Source: a virus
Lineage: Duplodnaviria; Caudoviricetes
Virus record (IMG/VR): IMGVR_UViG_3300033512_000117
Location: 1-31,646 of that record
DNA: 31,646 bases
Reading direction: 5' to 3' (one strand)
Shown: positions 18,418-27,093 of the stretch, piece by piece
Layout of the letters: each line of letters begins with the position of its first letter
Position numbering within the stretch: the first letter of the stretch is position 1
The notes under the pieces: generated by a model
Told to the model about the DNA's origin: nothing
The model's database searches: none
What the model saw: only the letters and a program-made list of their open reading frames with translations
Made by a program: the position numbers and the translations under genes

Positions 18418-19326
18418 ATGGCATTAAATGTAGAATTATGGGTAAAAGAAATAACAAAGAATTTGTACCCAACAAATGAGTTTTATAATTTCGCAAAGAA
18501 TGATAACGCATTCATTAACGGTAAAACAGTACATAGACCAATGGCAGGTGCAATGCCAACAGCTTTAATTAATCCAAGTTTTCCATTAATAGCAGCAGTT
18601 AAAAGAACAGATAGTGATGTTAGTTATAATTTGGTTAATATAGTATCTCCGCAAGTGTATGTTGATTATACAGAAGACATTGAATTTTCTTACGATATTC
18701 TTAGTTCATATACAGAAGATATTATAGCAGGTTTAAATGCAGGAGTTGGTACTTATACAGCTTACGAATGGGCTAATACTCCGGGAACTAACATTATCAG
18801 AACTTCAGGTGCAGCAAGATTAGGTTATGCAGCAAACCAAACAGGTAACAGAAAGAAAATGGTTATTGCAGATTTAAGAGCCGCAGCAAGAATTATGGAT
18901 AATGCAAATGTTCCACAAGAGAACCGAAAATTGTTAGTAGATGGTAATTTGTATTCAGACATTTTAGAAATGGTTGAATTTAAAGATAGTTATATATTAA
19001 CTAATGCCGTAGTTTCAGATAACTTTGTAGGTAGAATTGCAGGATTTGATGTTTACAAACGTTCAACAGTAGTTAGATATAATACAGGTGCAACTGCAAA
19101 ATTAGCAGTAACAGCAGCAACAGCAGCAACAACTCAAATGGCTGCAATAGCTTGGCACCCTTCATTTGTTGCAAAAGCAAATTCAGGTGTTGAAATGTTT
19201 GGTTTAGATAGAAAAGACCCTTCTTACTTACAATACGTAATTAGTGCAGCCGCAAGATATGGTGCAGCTAAAACACGAACTGATGAAGTAGGTGTTGTAA
19301 CGATAGTTGAAGAAGCAAGTGCATAA
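18418..19326 (+). CDS. Major capsid protein
   Basis: MALNVELW...GKTVHRP...MDNANVPQENRKLLVD...VGRIAGFDVY; follows the protease and precedes a terminator. Confidence 0.88.
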   Translation: MALNVELWVKEITKNLYPTNEFYNFAKNDNAFINGKTVHRPMAGAMPTALINPSFPLIAAVKRTDSDVSYNLVNIVSPQVYVDYTEDIEFSYDILSSYTEDIIAGLNAGVGTYTAYEWANTPGTNIIRTSGAARLGYAANQTGNRKKMVIADLRAAARIMDNANVPQENRKLLVDGNLYSDILEMVEFKDSYILTNAVVSDNFVGRIAGFDVYKRSTVVRYNTGATAKLAVTAATAATTQMAAIAWHPSFVAKANSGVEMFGLDRKDPSYLQYVISAAARYGAAKTRTDEVGVVTIVEEASA

Positions 19327-19389
19327 TCCTAATTGCTTTAATTTAGTTTAGTTAAAGAATAGTTGGATTAAAGTTAGTTTATAATTAAT

Positions 19390-19424
19390 AAGGAGGTGAT
19401 ATAGCGTTATCTCCTCCTTTTTTT
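19390..19424 (+). terminator. Intrinsic terminator after the capsid gene
   Basis: aaggaggtgata-tagcgt-tatctcctcctt followed by a T run. Confidence 0.8.
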
Positions 19425-19457
19425 ATATCAAGTAATAACATAAAAAGAAAAGAAGAT

Positions 19458-20678
19458 ATGATTAATAATGTAAGTTTTGTTAAAGGTAATGGTGGTTTAG
19501 GTAGAACTTTAGGAGATACTGATTACATCTCAGGTATTGTAATATATGATGCAAAGTTCTTAAGTACTGTTACACTTGTTGCAAATGGAGTTAATACATT
19601 TACAGAAACCAATAGAATTATAAAATTCAATAGATTAAGTGATGTTGAATTAACAGGTATTACTTCAACAAATACTTTAGTAAAAGAATATTGGTATCAA
19701 ATAAGCGAGTTCTTTAGAACAGCAGGTAATGTTGATTTATATATAGGTTTGTTCAATGACACAGTTAAATTAGGAACACCTATTGCATTAACATTTGCAG
19801 AAGTAAATACAGTACAAGTATTCGCAAATGGTGAGATAAGACAAATTGGAGTTTATAATACTCAAAATACTTATGCTTCGGGTAGTGTTGAATTATTGCA
19901 AGGTATTGCAAATACTTTAGCTACTAATAATATGCCATTGAGTATTGTTTATGGTAGTAATATTAAAGCAACAGCAGACGTAACTGATTTAGCAGATTTA
20001 AGAGCATTATCAACAGTTAGTCCTAATGTTTCGGTTGTGATATTACAAGATGGTGCTAACGTAGGTGCTGCATTATATACATCAGAAGCAAATTCAATAC
20101 CCGCAATTGGAGTAGCTTTAGGTTGTATTGCATTGTCAAAAGTAAATGAAAGTATTGCTTGGGTTGAGAAATTTAACTTAGCTTTTGGTGGAGAATTAGA
20201 AACTATTGCTTTTGGTAATGGACAATTATATTCAGATTTAACTCCTTTAGAATTATCAGATGTTAATGATTTAGGTTACATCTTTGGTGTTAAACATATA
20301 GGTATTGCAGGAACATATTTTAATGATAACCATACTTCAGATAAAATAACATCTGATTATGCTTACATAAGCGAAGTTAGAACTATTGATAAATCAATAA
20401 GAAAAATAAGAATTGCAATGTTACCTAAATTGAATAGTCCTATAAAAGTTAAAAGAGATGGTACAGTTGAAGCATCTACTTTATTATTTTTAGAAGGTAT
20501 TTGTTCAAAACCTTTAGATATTATGGTTGCAAATGGAGAGATTAGTGCATTTGATATATATATAAATCCTGCACAAAGTATATTAACTACTTCCAAATTG
20601 GTTATTGAAATTGTAATAGTTCCAACAGGTACTGCACGAAATATTGAAATTAAAATATCATTTACAACAACTTTATAA
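19458..20678 (+). CDS. Contractile tail sheath protein (DUF2586-like)
   Basis: GNGGLGR...ESIAWVEKFN...GYIF...SDYAYI..VRTIDK...INPAQSILTTSKL...PTGTARNI. Confidence 0.85.
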   Translation: MINNVSFVKGNGGLGRTLGDTDYISGIVIYDAKFLSTVTLVANGVNTFTETNRIIKFNRLSDVELTGITSTNTLVKEYWYQISEFFRTAGNVDLYIGLFNDTVKLGTPIALTFAEVNTVQVFANGEIRQIGVYNTQNTYASGSVELLQGIANTLATNNMPLSIVYGSNIKATADVTDLADLRALSTVSPNVSVVILQDGANVGAALYTSEANSIPAIGVALGCIALSKVNESIAWVEKFNLAFGGELETIAFGNGQLYSDLTPLELSDVNDLGYIFGVKHIGIAGTYFNDNHTSDKITSDYAYISEVRTIDKSIRKIRIAMLPKLNSPIKVKRDGTVEASTLLFLEGICSKPLDIMVANGEISAFDIYINPAQSILTTSKLVIEIVIVPTGTARNIEIKISFTTTL

Positions 20679-20692
20679 AAAGAAGGTAATAA

Positions 20693-21085
20693 ATGGCAAC
20701 AACATTAAATAGTATTAGACAAGGGGAAGCAATAGCTTTATCCCTTGCTTTTGTTGATAAAACAGGTGTAGCGATTAATGTAGATACTGTTGATACAACA
20801 AATGTTTTAGTTACATTAAGTAATAAAGGTGTTAATTTTGCTAAATATAGTTTAACAGGTGGTATGGGTTCAGATTGGGGTACTTTAACTGTTGCAGGTA
20901 ATATTATAACAATATTAGTTACAAGAGAACAATCTAAATTGTGGGAAAGTGGTTATGTATTAGCAACTATAACAGCTGAATTTGTAGACGTTGAATTAGG
21001 ATTTAAAGTTATTGAAAGTGAGATACGAGATTTATTACAAGTATATCCTTCTTTAAATAAACCTTATACTTTAATACACGCTTAG
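20693..21085 (+). CDS. Hypothetical beta-sandwich-like structural protein
   Basis: 130-aa beta-rich ORF (IRQGE...ITILVTREQS) between the sheath and tube genes. Confidence 0.55.
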   Translation: MATTLNSIRQGEAIALSLAFVDKTGVAINVDTVDTTNVLVTLSNKGVNFAKYSLTGGMGSDWGTLTVAGNIITILVTREQSKLWESGYVLATITAEFVDVELGFKVIESEIRDLLQVYPSLNKPYTLIHA

Positions 21086-21112
21086 TAATAATAATATTAA
21101 AAGAATAATAAG

Positions 21113-21586
21113 ATGATTTTAGATAATAAAACGGTTATAAATGGAATAGCTTATGATTGGGCTTCCATAGAATTTAAATTTAGTACAGGTTCAGTTAATG
21201 AAAACTCGGAGATAGTTCAAATAACAAGTATAGGTTATGGTGAAACAAGAGAAAGTAAATTGAATTATGGTAGAGGTTCACAACCTGTAAGTAAAGGATT
21301 TGGTAATGTTTCGGTTGAAGGTAAAATGAAGATATCAATGAATGAGATGCGAAGATTGATAAATGCAGCAACAAATGGTAAAGTTCAAAATTTACCTGCA
21401 TTTGATATACTTATATCTTATAAACCCGGAAGTGGAGATGCAATTATAGTAGCAGATGTTTTAAATGGTTGCACAATTGACAGTACAAGATTTGATTTAA
21501 ATCAAAATGATATGGATATTGAAGTTGAGGTTAATTTAAATCCATTCAATATAACTTATGGTACTGCCTCATCATTTGCAATATAA
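21113..21586 (+). CDS. Tail tube protein 1
   Basis: INGIAYDWASI...YGRGSQPVSKGFGN...FDILISY...QNDMDIEV; downstream of the sheath. Confidence 0.82.
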   Translation: MILDNKTVINGIAYDWASIEFKFSTGSVNENSEIVQITSIGYGETRESKLNYGRGSQPVSKGFGNVSVEGKMKISMNEMRRLINAATNGKVQNLPAFDILISYKPGSGDAIIVADVLNGCTIDSTRFDLNQNDMDIEVEVNLNPFNITYGTASSFAI

Positions 21587-21614
21587 GTAAGTAATAATTT
21601 AAATAGTAATTGGT

Positions 21615-22157
21615 ATGCTTGCAAATAGAAAGGTTTTAATTAATGGAAGAGCTTATGATTGGGGTAGCATTGATATATTAATAAATGGTGCTTTAATTAT
21701 AGGAATTTCCAATATAAGTTTTAGTGATAGTATGAATATTCAGAACTTGTTTGGAACAGGAGTTTATGGTTCTAATATTGGATATGGACATTTAGTACCT
21801 AAGGCAAGCATTACTTTAAGTGCAGATGAATTATTTGTATTAGGTGATGTTGCAATTAATGGAATATTACAGAATTTGCCTTTATTTGATATATATGTAA
21901 CATTTATGTTTACTGAAAACCTTGAACAATTTAGTGATGGAGATAAGAGTTCAGAGAAATTGCCGAGAACGATAATATTGAAAGGTTGTAAGATTAAGAA
22001 TAATGGAATGGACATTAATCAGGGAGATATGAATATAGATACTAAGTTAGATTTGTTTGTATCAAATATTATATGGAAAGCAGTAACACAAGACGAGATA
22101 TTAAATAATGTTGGTAAGATAGTAAGTTTTGTAAAGACGAAATATAGTAGTAAATAG
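21615..22157 (+). CDS. Tail tube protein 2 (paralogue)
   Basis: INGRAYDWGSI...LQNLPLFDI...LKGC...NQGDMNID aligns by eye with tube 1. Confidence 0.78.
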   Translation: MLANRKVLINGRAYDWGSIDILINGALIIGISNISFSDSMNIQNLFGTGVYGSNIGYGHLVPKASITLSADELFVLGDVAINGILQNLPLFDIYVTFMFTENLEQFSDGDKSSEKLPRTIILKGCKIKNNGMDINQGDMNIDTKLDLFVSNIIWKAVTQDEILNNVGKIVSFVKTKYSSK

Positions 22158-22246
22158 ATAGTAAGTAGATAGTGATAGATAATATGTAATACTTAGTAGG
22201 TTAAACTAAATAAGGTGTTACGTATTATCTATTGTTGTTTAGAAAC

Positions 22247-22419
22247 CCCCTGTAATAAATAAGGTTGAGGTTGAGAGGATATGATTAACATTTATTAACG
22301 TGTTACATTTGATTACTTTTTAATGTACGTGCAATTATACAAATAAAGTTTTTATATCAAATTGTAGAGAGGTTAATTATATTATGTATAACTATTTGTA
22401 ACCTAATTCATTACAGGGG
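22247..22419. repeat. CCCCTGTA hairpin cassette 4 (20-bp arms, two mismatches)
   Basis: 22247-22266 cccctgtaataaataaggtt / 22400-22419 aacctaattcattacagggg. Confidence 0.88.
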
Positions 22420-22551
22420 ATTTTTGTAAATTATATTCAAACTATTTTATTACTTTTAACCATAATTTATTGATTTATAACAACTTACACATTTGAACAC
22501 AAAATAGGCATATAATTACTTTAAACCAATGCGAAACTAAGTATAATAATA

Positions 22552-22563
22552 TAGTATATAGTA
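22552..22563 (+). promoter_or_regulatory. Promoter-like motif TAGTATATAGTA upstream of the chaperone/tape-measure operon
   Basis: Identical to 4174 and 12651. Confidence 0.5.
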
Positions 22564-22606
22564 TAAAAAGAAATTGAATTAGTAATTAATTAAAAAACAT
22601 ATAAAA

Positions 22607-23272
22607 ATGAAATACGAAGCATTAAAAGATAAATTAGAAAAAGATGGTATTAAATACTTTGATATTGAAATTGATGGTGGTTACGAATGTATATTAAAAC
22701 AAATACCAACTAAAACAACATTAAAGAAAGTGTTATCATTGGTTAAGAACGATTATGTAAGTGCAATATATCTATTAATAAAAGAATTATGGGTTGAAGG
22801 AGATAAAGAGATACTTGAAGATTCAGATTTATTCTTATCTTTATTAGATATAAAAACAGATATAATTAAAACAACAATAAGTATTCCAATAGAAGTAGGA
22901 GAAGATGAAATATTAGATGACGAAACTTATCAAATAGAAGGTAAACGTTTCAAAGATAAAAAAGAATTTGTATACGAAACATTAGTTGAAACATTACTTA
23001 AAGTTTATCCCGCAAATTTTATTAAATTAGGAAATACAATAGCAGTTTCAATAGATGGTTTTAATTGTAATATTACAAAACCTAAAATATCAGATTTAGG
23101 ATTACTATTTAAAGCATTAGAGAAAAATCCTTTAGATGCAACTGATTTAGTACTTAAAGACTTTTGGATTTCAGGTGATGATGAATTAAAAGATAGCAAA
23201 TACTTCTTATCTATGAATGCAGTAATTGGTGAAATACTTAATAAAAGAGCAGGTAGTTTAAAAAAAAACTAA
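22607..23272 (+). CDS. Tail assembly chaperone (gpG-like), internally duplicated
   Basis: Lies between the tube and tape measure genes; has two copies of IDG..C...W..GD.E......FLS; ends in a slippery A9 run. Confidence 0.8.
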   Translation: MKYEALKDKLEKDGIKYFDIEIDGGYECILKQIPTKTTLKKVLSLVKNDYVSAIYLLIKELWVEGDKEILEDSDLFLSLLDIKTDIIKTTISIPIEVGEDEILDDETYQIEGKRFKDKKEFVYETLVETLLKVYPANFIKLGNTIAVSIDGFNCNITKPKISDLGLLFKALEKNPLDATDLVLKDFWISGDDELKDSKYFLSMNAVIGEILNKRAGSLKKN

Positions 23273-23523
23273 ATGAAGCTAAATTAAGCAGTAAACCAAA
23301 TGAAGATATAATATGTAAAACATTAGCTCAATTAAGATATTATTATAAACTTACAAAAGAAGAGATTGAAGGTTTAGATGATGTTAGTTGGGCTAATCTT
23401 GTTTCAGGGTTACAGTATTGTTTAGAACAAGAGGGTAATGGTAGAAATACAAATAGTAATATTGATTATGGTAATCCTATACAAAATAGAACTGATAGTA
23501 TAAATAGAATACTTAATAGATAA
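23260..23523 (+). CDS. gpGT-like -1 frameshift extension of the chaperone (absent from the ORF track)
   Basis: The -1 frame is open from the A9 run (23260-23268) to TAA 23521-23523 and has no ATG: KKKLNEAK...LRYYYKL...LDDVSWANL...RILNR. Confidence 0.8.
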   Translation, partial: KKKLNEAKLSSKPNEDIICKTLAQLRYYYKLTKEEIEGLDDVSWANLVSGLQYCLEQEGNGRNTNSNIDYGNPIQNRTDSINRILNR

Positions 23524-23530
23524 AAGAATA

Positions 23531-25273
23531 ATGAATAATATATCAATAACAGCGTCATTAACTAACTTAGTTAGTCCGCAATTGAGTGCAATACAATTAA
23601 GTTTATCACAACTACAAGCAAGTGGTCAATCAGCTTTTGGTAATTTGAGTTCGTCATTATCAGGTTTGAGTACAGGTTTAGTAGCTATTAGTGCAAGTTT
23701 AGCAGTAGTAGGTGCAGCTGCTTATAGTGCAGGTAAAAGTATAATAGGTGCAACTTCTGAATTAGAACAAAATACAGTAGCATTTGAAACTATGTTAGGT
23801 TCAGCTGAAAAAGCAAAAACTTTATTAACTGACATTAGAAAATTAGAAGCCGAAACACCTTTAACAACATCTGATTTAACTAAAAGTGCTAAAACATTAT
23901 TATCTTATGGAATAACATTAGATAATGTTATATCAACACAAAGAATGTTAGGTGATGTTGCATTAGGTAATAAAGATAAATTTGATAGATTGAATTTAGC
24001 GTATGGTCAAACTATTGCAAAAGGTAGATTGATGGGACAAGAGGTATTACAAATGGTTGAAACAGGATTTAATCCATTAAAAGTAATATCAGAAACAACA
24101 GGTGAAAGTATGCTAACTTTAACTAAACGAATGGAAGCAGGTGGTATTAGTGCTGATGAGGTTTCAAAAGCATTCATAAAAGCTACAAGTTCAGGTGGTA
24201 TGTTCTTTAATGCAATGGCAAATCAATCTACTACATTAGCAGGTATTTGGTCTACATTGGAAAGTAAAGTAGAAAAGATATTAACTGATATAGGAACTCC
24301 GTTATTAACTTCAATAAAGTCGTTTATAAATAATTTTTCAGATACATTAACTATAATTGCACCAATAATTAGTGAAGTAGTTAGTAATATTGTAGAAGTA
24401 GTTAAAACTATATCAACAGCATTTAATATTGATAATACAACTATAAAAGGAACATTTACATTCATAAATGATGTTGTAATAAGTTTGAATACTTATGCAA
24501 AGGTTTTAATTGACACTCTTTATGTAATGCTTACACCATTGAGGTTGATATTAGATACAATTAGTTGGTTAAATAAACAATTAGGAAGTACTGTTGAAAT
24601 TGCAAATGTTTTAAAGACAATAATGACTGTTTTAGCAGTAACAACAGCTTTAGCATTTGCACCATTAGTAATAGTTATAACAGGTTTATCAGTTGCTTTA
24701 TATGGTGTTTGGTTATTAATAAGACCTATTGTAAATGCTTTTGTAGATTTATTTGAAATATTAGGTTTAATAGATGATAGTACTAAGAAAGCAGAAGGTA
24801 GTTTTAATAGTTTAGGTAAAACAACAAATTCATTCTTTGATAGTTTTGACAAAGGTGCAGAAAGTATGATGTTGTATAATACAGAACTAAAAAGTATAAT
24901 TGCAAATAAAGTATTATTAGATACTCTTAATAATTCTAAAAATCCATTTACAATGTTAGAGGATACTGTTGCAAATTATACTAAGTTTATGAATACAATA
25001 AATACAATTGCACCAACAACAGTAGCAGATTTAGGTGGTGGAGGTTCAAGTAATTCTAAAGCTATATCAAATGCTTTAACTTCAAATGATATTAATTTGA
25101 AAACTGATAGAAGTATAACTAATATATCAGTAAGTATTAATAAAGTTGTAGAACAAGGTGGTATTGTTTTAAATACTACGAATGTTACAGAAAGTTCAGC
25201 ACAAATTGAAAAAAGTGTTACATTAGCATTAACTAAAGCATTAGTAGATATAACTAATATAAAATTAAAGTAA
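23531..25273 (+). CDS. Tape measure protein
   Basis: Tape-measure domain AFETMLGSAEKAK...ETPL...LGDVA...AYGQ..AKGRLMGQE..Q; helical with hydrophobic stretches. Confidence 0.92.
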   Translation: MNNISITASLTNLVSPQLSAIQLSLSQLQASGQSAFGNLSSSLSGLSTGLVAISASLAVVGAAAYSAGKSIIGATSELEQNTVAFETMLGSAEKAKTLLTDIRKLEAETPLTTSDLTKSAKTLLSYGITLDNVISTQRMLGDVALGNKDKFDRLNLAYGQTIAKGRLMGQEVLQMVETGFNPLKVISETTGESMLTLTKRMEAGGISADEVSKAFIKATSSGGMFFNAMANQSTTLAGIWSTLESKVEKILTDIGTPLLTSIKSFINNFSDTLTIIAPIISEVVSNIVEVVKTISTAFNIDNTTIKGTFTFINDVVISLNTYAKVLIDTLYVMLTPLRLILDTISWLNKQLGSTVEIANVLKTIMTVLAVTTALAFAPLVIVITGLSVALYGVWLLIRPIVNAFVDLFEILGLIDDSTKKAEGSFNSLGKTTNSFFDSFDKGAESMMLYNTELKSIIANKVLLDTLNNSKNPFTMLEDTVANYTKFMNTINTIAPTTVADLGGGGSSNSKAISNALTSNDINLKTDRSITNISVSINKVVEQGGIVLNTTNVTESSAQIEKSVTLALTKALVDITNIKLK

Positions 25274-25296
25274 AATTAAAGTAAAATTAAAGTAAG
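25260..25296 (+). repeat. 11-bp tandem repeat (taaaattaaag) x3 forming the whole intergenic gap
   Basis: Duplicates the last codons and stop of the tape measure gene. Confidence 0.9.
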
Positions 25297-25920
25297 ATGA
25301 AAGTAGGTGAATTAGGTTATTGGACAAAAGAATTAGCAGCAAATGTTGCAAGACAGGATTTTATAACAGGTAAGTACCAAGATAATGCTCTACACCCTGA
25401 AAGTTATTTAGATATTAGTGCTAAATCAACTCAATTAAATACTCCAATAGGTGATAAATTTATAGTATTTACATTACCAAATAGTGTAGATTTAGCAACT
25501 ATTGATTTAACATTAACACAAAAGAGTGTTGGTGAATTAGAAGGTGTCGTATTAGAAAATCCAATAATTACAATAAGTAGAAATAAGGAATTAATACGAA
25601 CAAAAGTTAATGGTTTAGATGGTGAGATAATTGAAATTGTTTCAAATGGTACTTATGATATAAACATAATAGGTATATTTTCAAGTAATAGTTTATGGAA
25701 GTATAATGTTGAAAGTATTAAGATTTTAGAAGATGCTTTTGCATATAAACAGGAATTAGAAATAATAAGTCCTTACTTAAATGATGTATTTAAAATATAT
25801 AATGTTGTTTTAGCTAATCATAAAATTGCACAATCAAGTGAGTTTACTAATATAGTAGCATACGAGATTAATTGTATTGCAGTATTAGAAACCGATATAT
25901 TTACATTAGAAAAAGTTTAA
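25297..25920 (+). CDS. Tail tube initiator-like protein (DUF6046-like)
   Basis: ITISRNKELIRTKVNGLDGEIIE...YDINIIG; directly after the tape measure gene. Confidence 0.65.
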   Translation: MKVGELGYWTKELAANVARQDFITGKYQDNALHPESYLDISAKSTQLNTPIGDKFIVFTLPNSVDLATIDLTLTQKSVGELEGVVLENPIITISRNKELIRTKVNGLDGEIIEIVSNGTYDINIIGIFSSNSLWKYNVESIKILEDAFAYKQELEIISPYLNDVFKIYNVVLANHKIAQSSEFTNIVAYEINCIAVLETDIFTLEKV

Positions 25921-25924
25921 GAAT

Positions 25925-27058
25925 ATGGTATATAGTTTAGAAGTTGAGGTTAAGTTTTATAATGTTATTGGAAGTACTTTTAATAGTTCCCCTGTAATAA
26001 TTAAAAAGATGATTGGTTTCAATATTGATAACAACTTGAATAACTTAACAAATACATTGGTTATAAAGTTACCTAAACATAATGCAATAATAAAGAGAGC
26101 AGGTACTAATAAATATCTTGGTTTTAATTATTATGGTTTTGAGGACAAATCAATAGGTGTAGGTGCTAAAGTTGAATTAAAATATGGATATAACATATCA
26201 GATAAAGAATTAGGTTTTGATGGTGAAGATATACAATTTATTGGTTATGTAAATGATATAGAGATTACTGACGAACATTTGGTAATAAATATACAAGATA
26301 GTATGTACTTATTAAAGAAAGCTAAGAAGGTTGTTAAAACATATTCCAATACTTCTTTATATGATATTATAGATGATATTTGCAATAAACTAAATGATTT
26401 AAAAATAAAGATAGTATCAAACATAACATTTACATTTAGCAATCTCAAAATAGGTAATTTACTACTTCCGAGTGAGGTGTTGAATATGTTAAAAGATGAG
26501 TATAACTTTTATTTTTATTTCATTGGTGAAGTATTATATTGTGGTGCTAAATATCCATTAGGTGTAGAACATACAAAAGAATATCAATTTGAATATCCAT
26601 ATAATAGAAGTAAATATGCAATAATAACTAAAGAATTATCTAATACAAAAAGTGATATAGAAGAAACAATAGTTAAAATGCAAAGTTCACAGTTGGATAA
26701 TAGCGTTGTAAAAGTATATGCAACTTATGATTTCCCAAATGGTATTCAATATTCAAATGATTCAGAATTACCAATTAAAGATTATCTAAATACTATTGAA
26801 ATAAAAATACCTAATACTTTAGTTTTAGATTGTCAGAAGTTAGTAAAAGAAAGATTAGCACAACAAAATAACAATTCAGTAGAAGGTAGTATAACTACGT
26901 TTGGTAAGCCCTTTATTCATACAGGGGAAATTGTTAATATTACTATAAAAGAATTATCTGATGAAAGTACTTATGTATTCTTTGTAGATGCAGTATTAAT
27001 TAGTTATGCAAATGGTGGTGGTATTACTCAAACAATACAATTAGGTTCACAAATTTAA
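25925..27058 (+). CDS. Baseplate hub (gpD/Mu gp44-like)
   Basis: VELKYGY...FIGYV...QDSMYLLK...GSITTFGKP...GGITQTIQLG. Confidence 0.78.
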   Translation: MVYSLEVEVKFYNVIGSTFNSSPVIIKKMIGFNIDNNLNNLTNTLVIKLPKHNAIIKRAGTNKYLGFNYYGFEDKSIGVGAKVELKYGYNISDKELGFDGEDIQFIGYVNDIEITDEHLVINIQDSMYLLKKAKKVVKTYSNTSLYDIIDDICNKLNDLKIKIVSNITFTFSNLKIGNLLLPSEVLNMLKDEYNFYFYFIGEVLYCGAKYPLGVEHTKEYQFEYPYNRSKYAIITKELSNTKSDIEETIVKMQSSQLDNSVVKVYATYDFPNGIQYSNDSELPIKDYLNTIEIKIPNTLVLDCQKLVKERLAQQNNNSVEGSITTFGKPFIHTGEIVNITIKELSDESTYVFFVDAVLISYANGGGITQTIQLGSQI

Positions 27059-27093
27059 ATTAGACAAGATAATTACAATATAATTACAACATA

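Noticed and set aside
20720-20747. caagggga...tcccttg hairpin at the start of the 20693 gene
   Set aside because: It is short, lies within a CDS, lacks the TACAGGGG core and has no independent support.
894-22419. Cassettes as MITEs or IS remnants
   Set aside because: Interiors are unrelated in sequence and length, I see no target-site duplications or transposase, and solo copies sit in frame within essential genes.
894-22419. Cassettes as ordinary intrinsic terminators
   Set aside because: Loops are 27-190 nt, most lack a following U-tract, and terminators would not need an invariant sequence or copies within CDSs.
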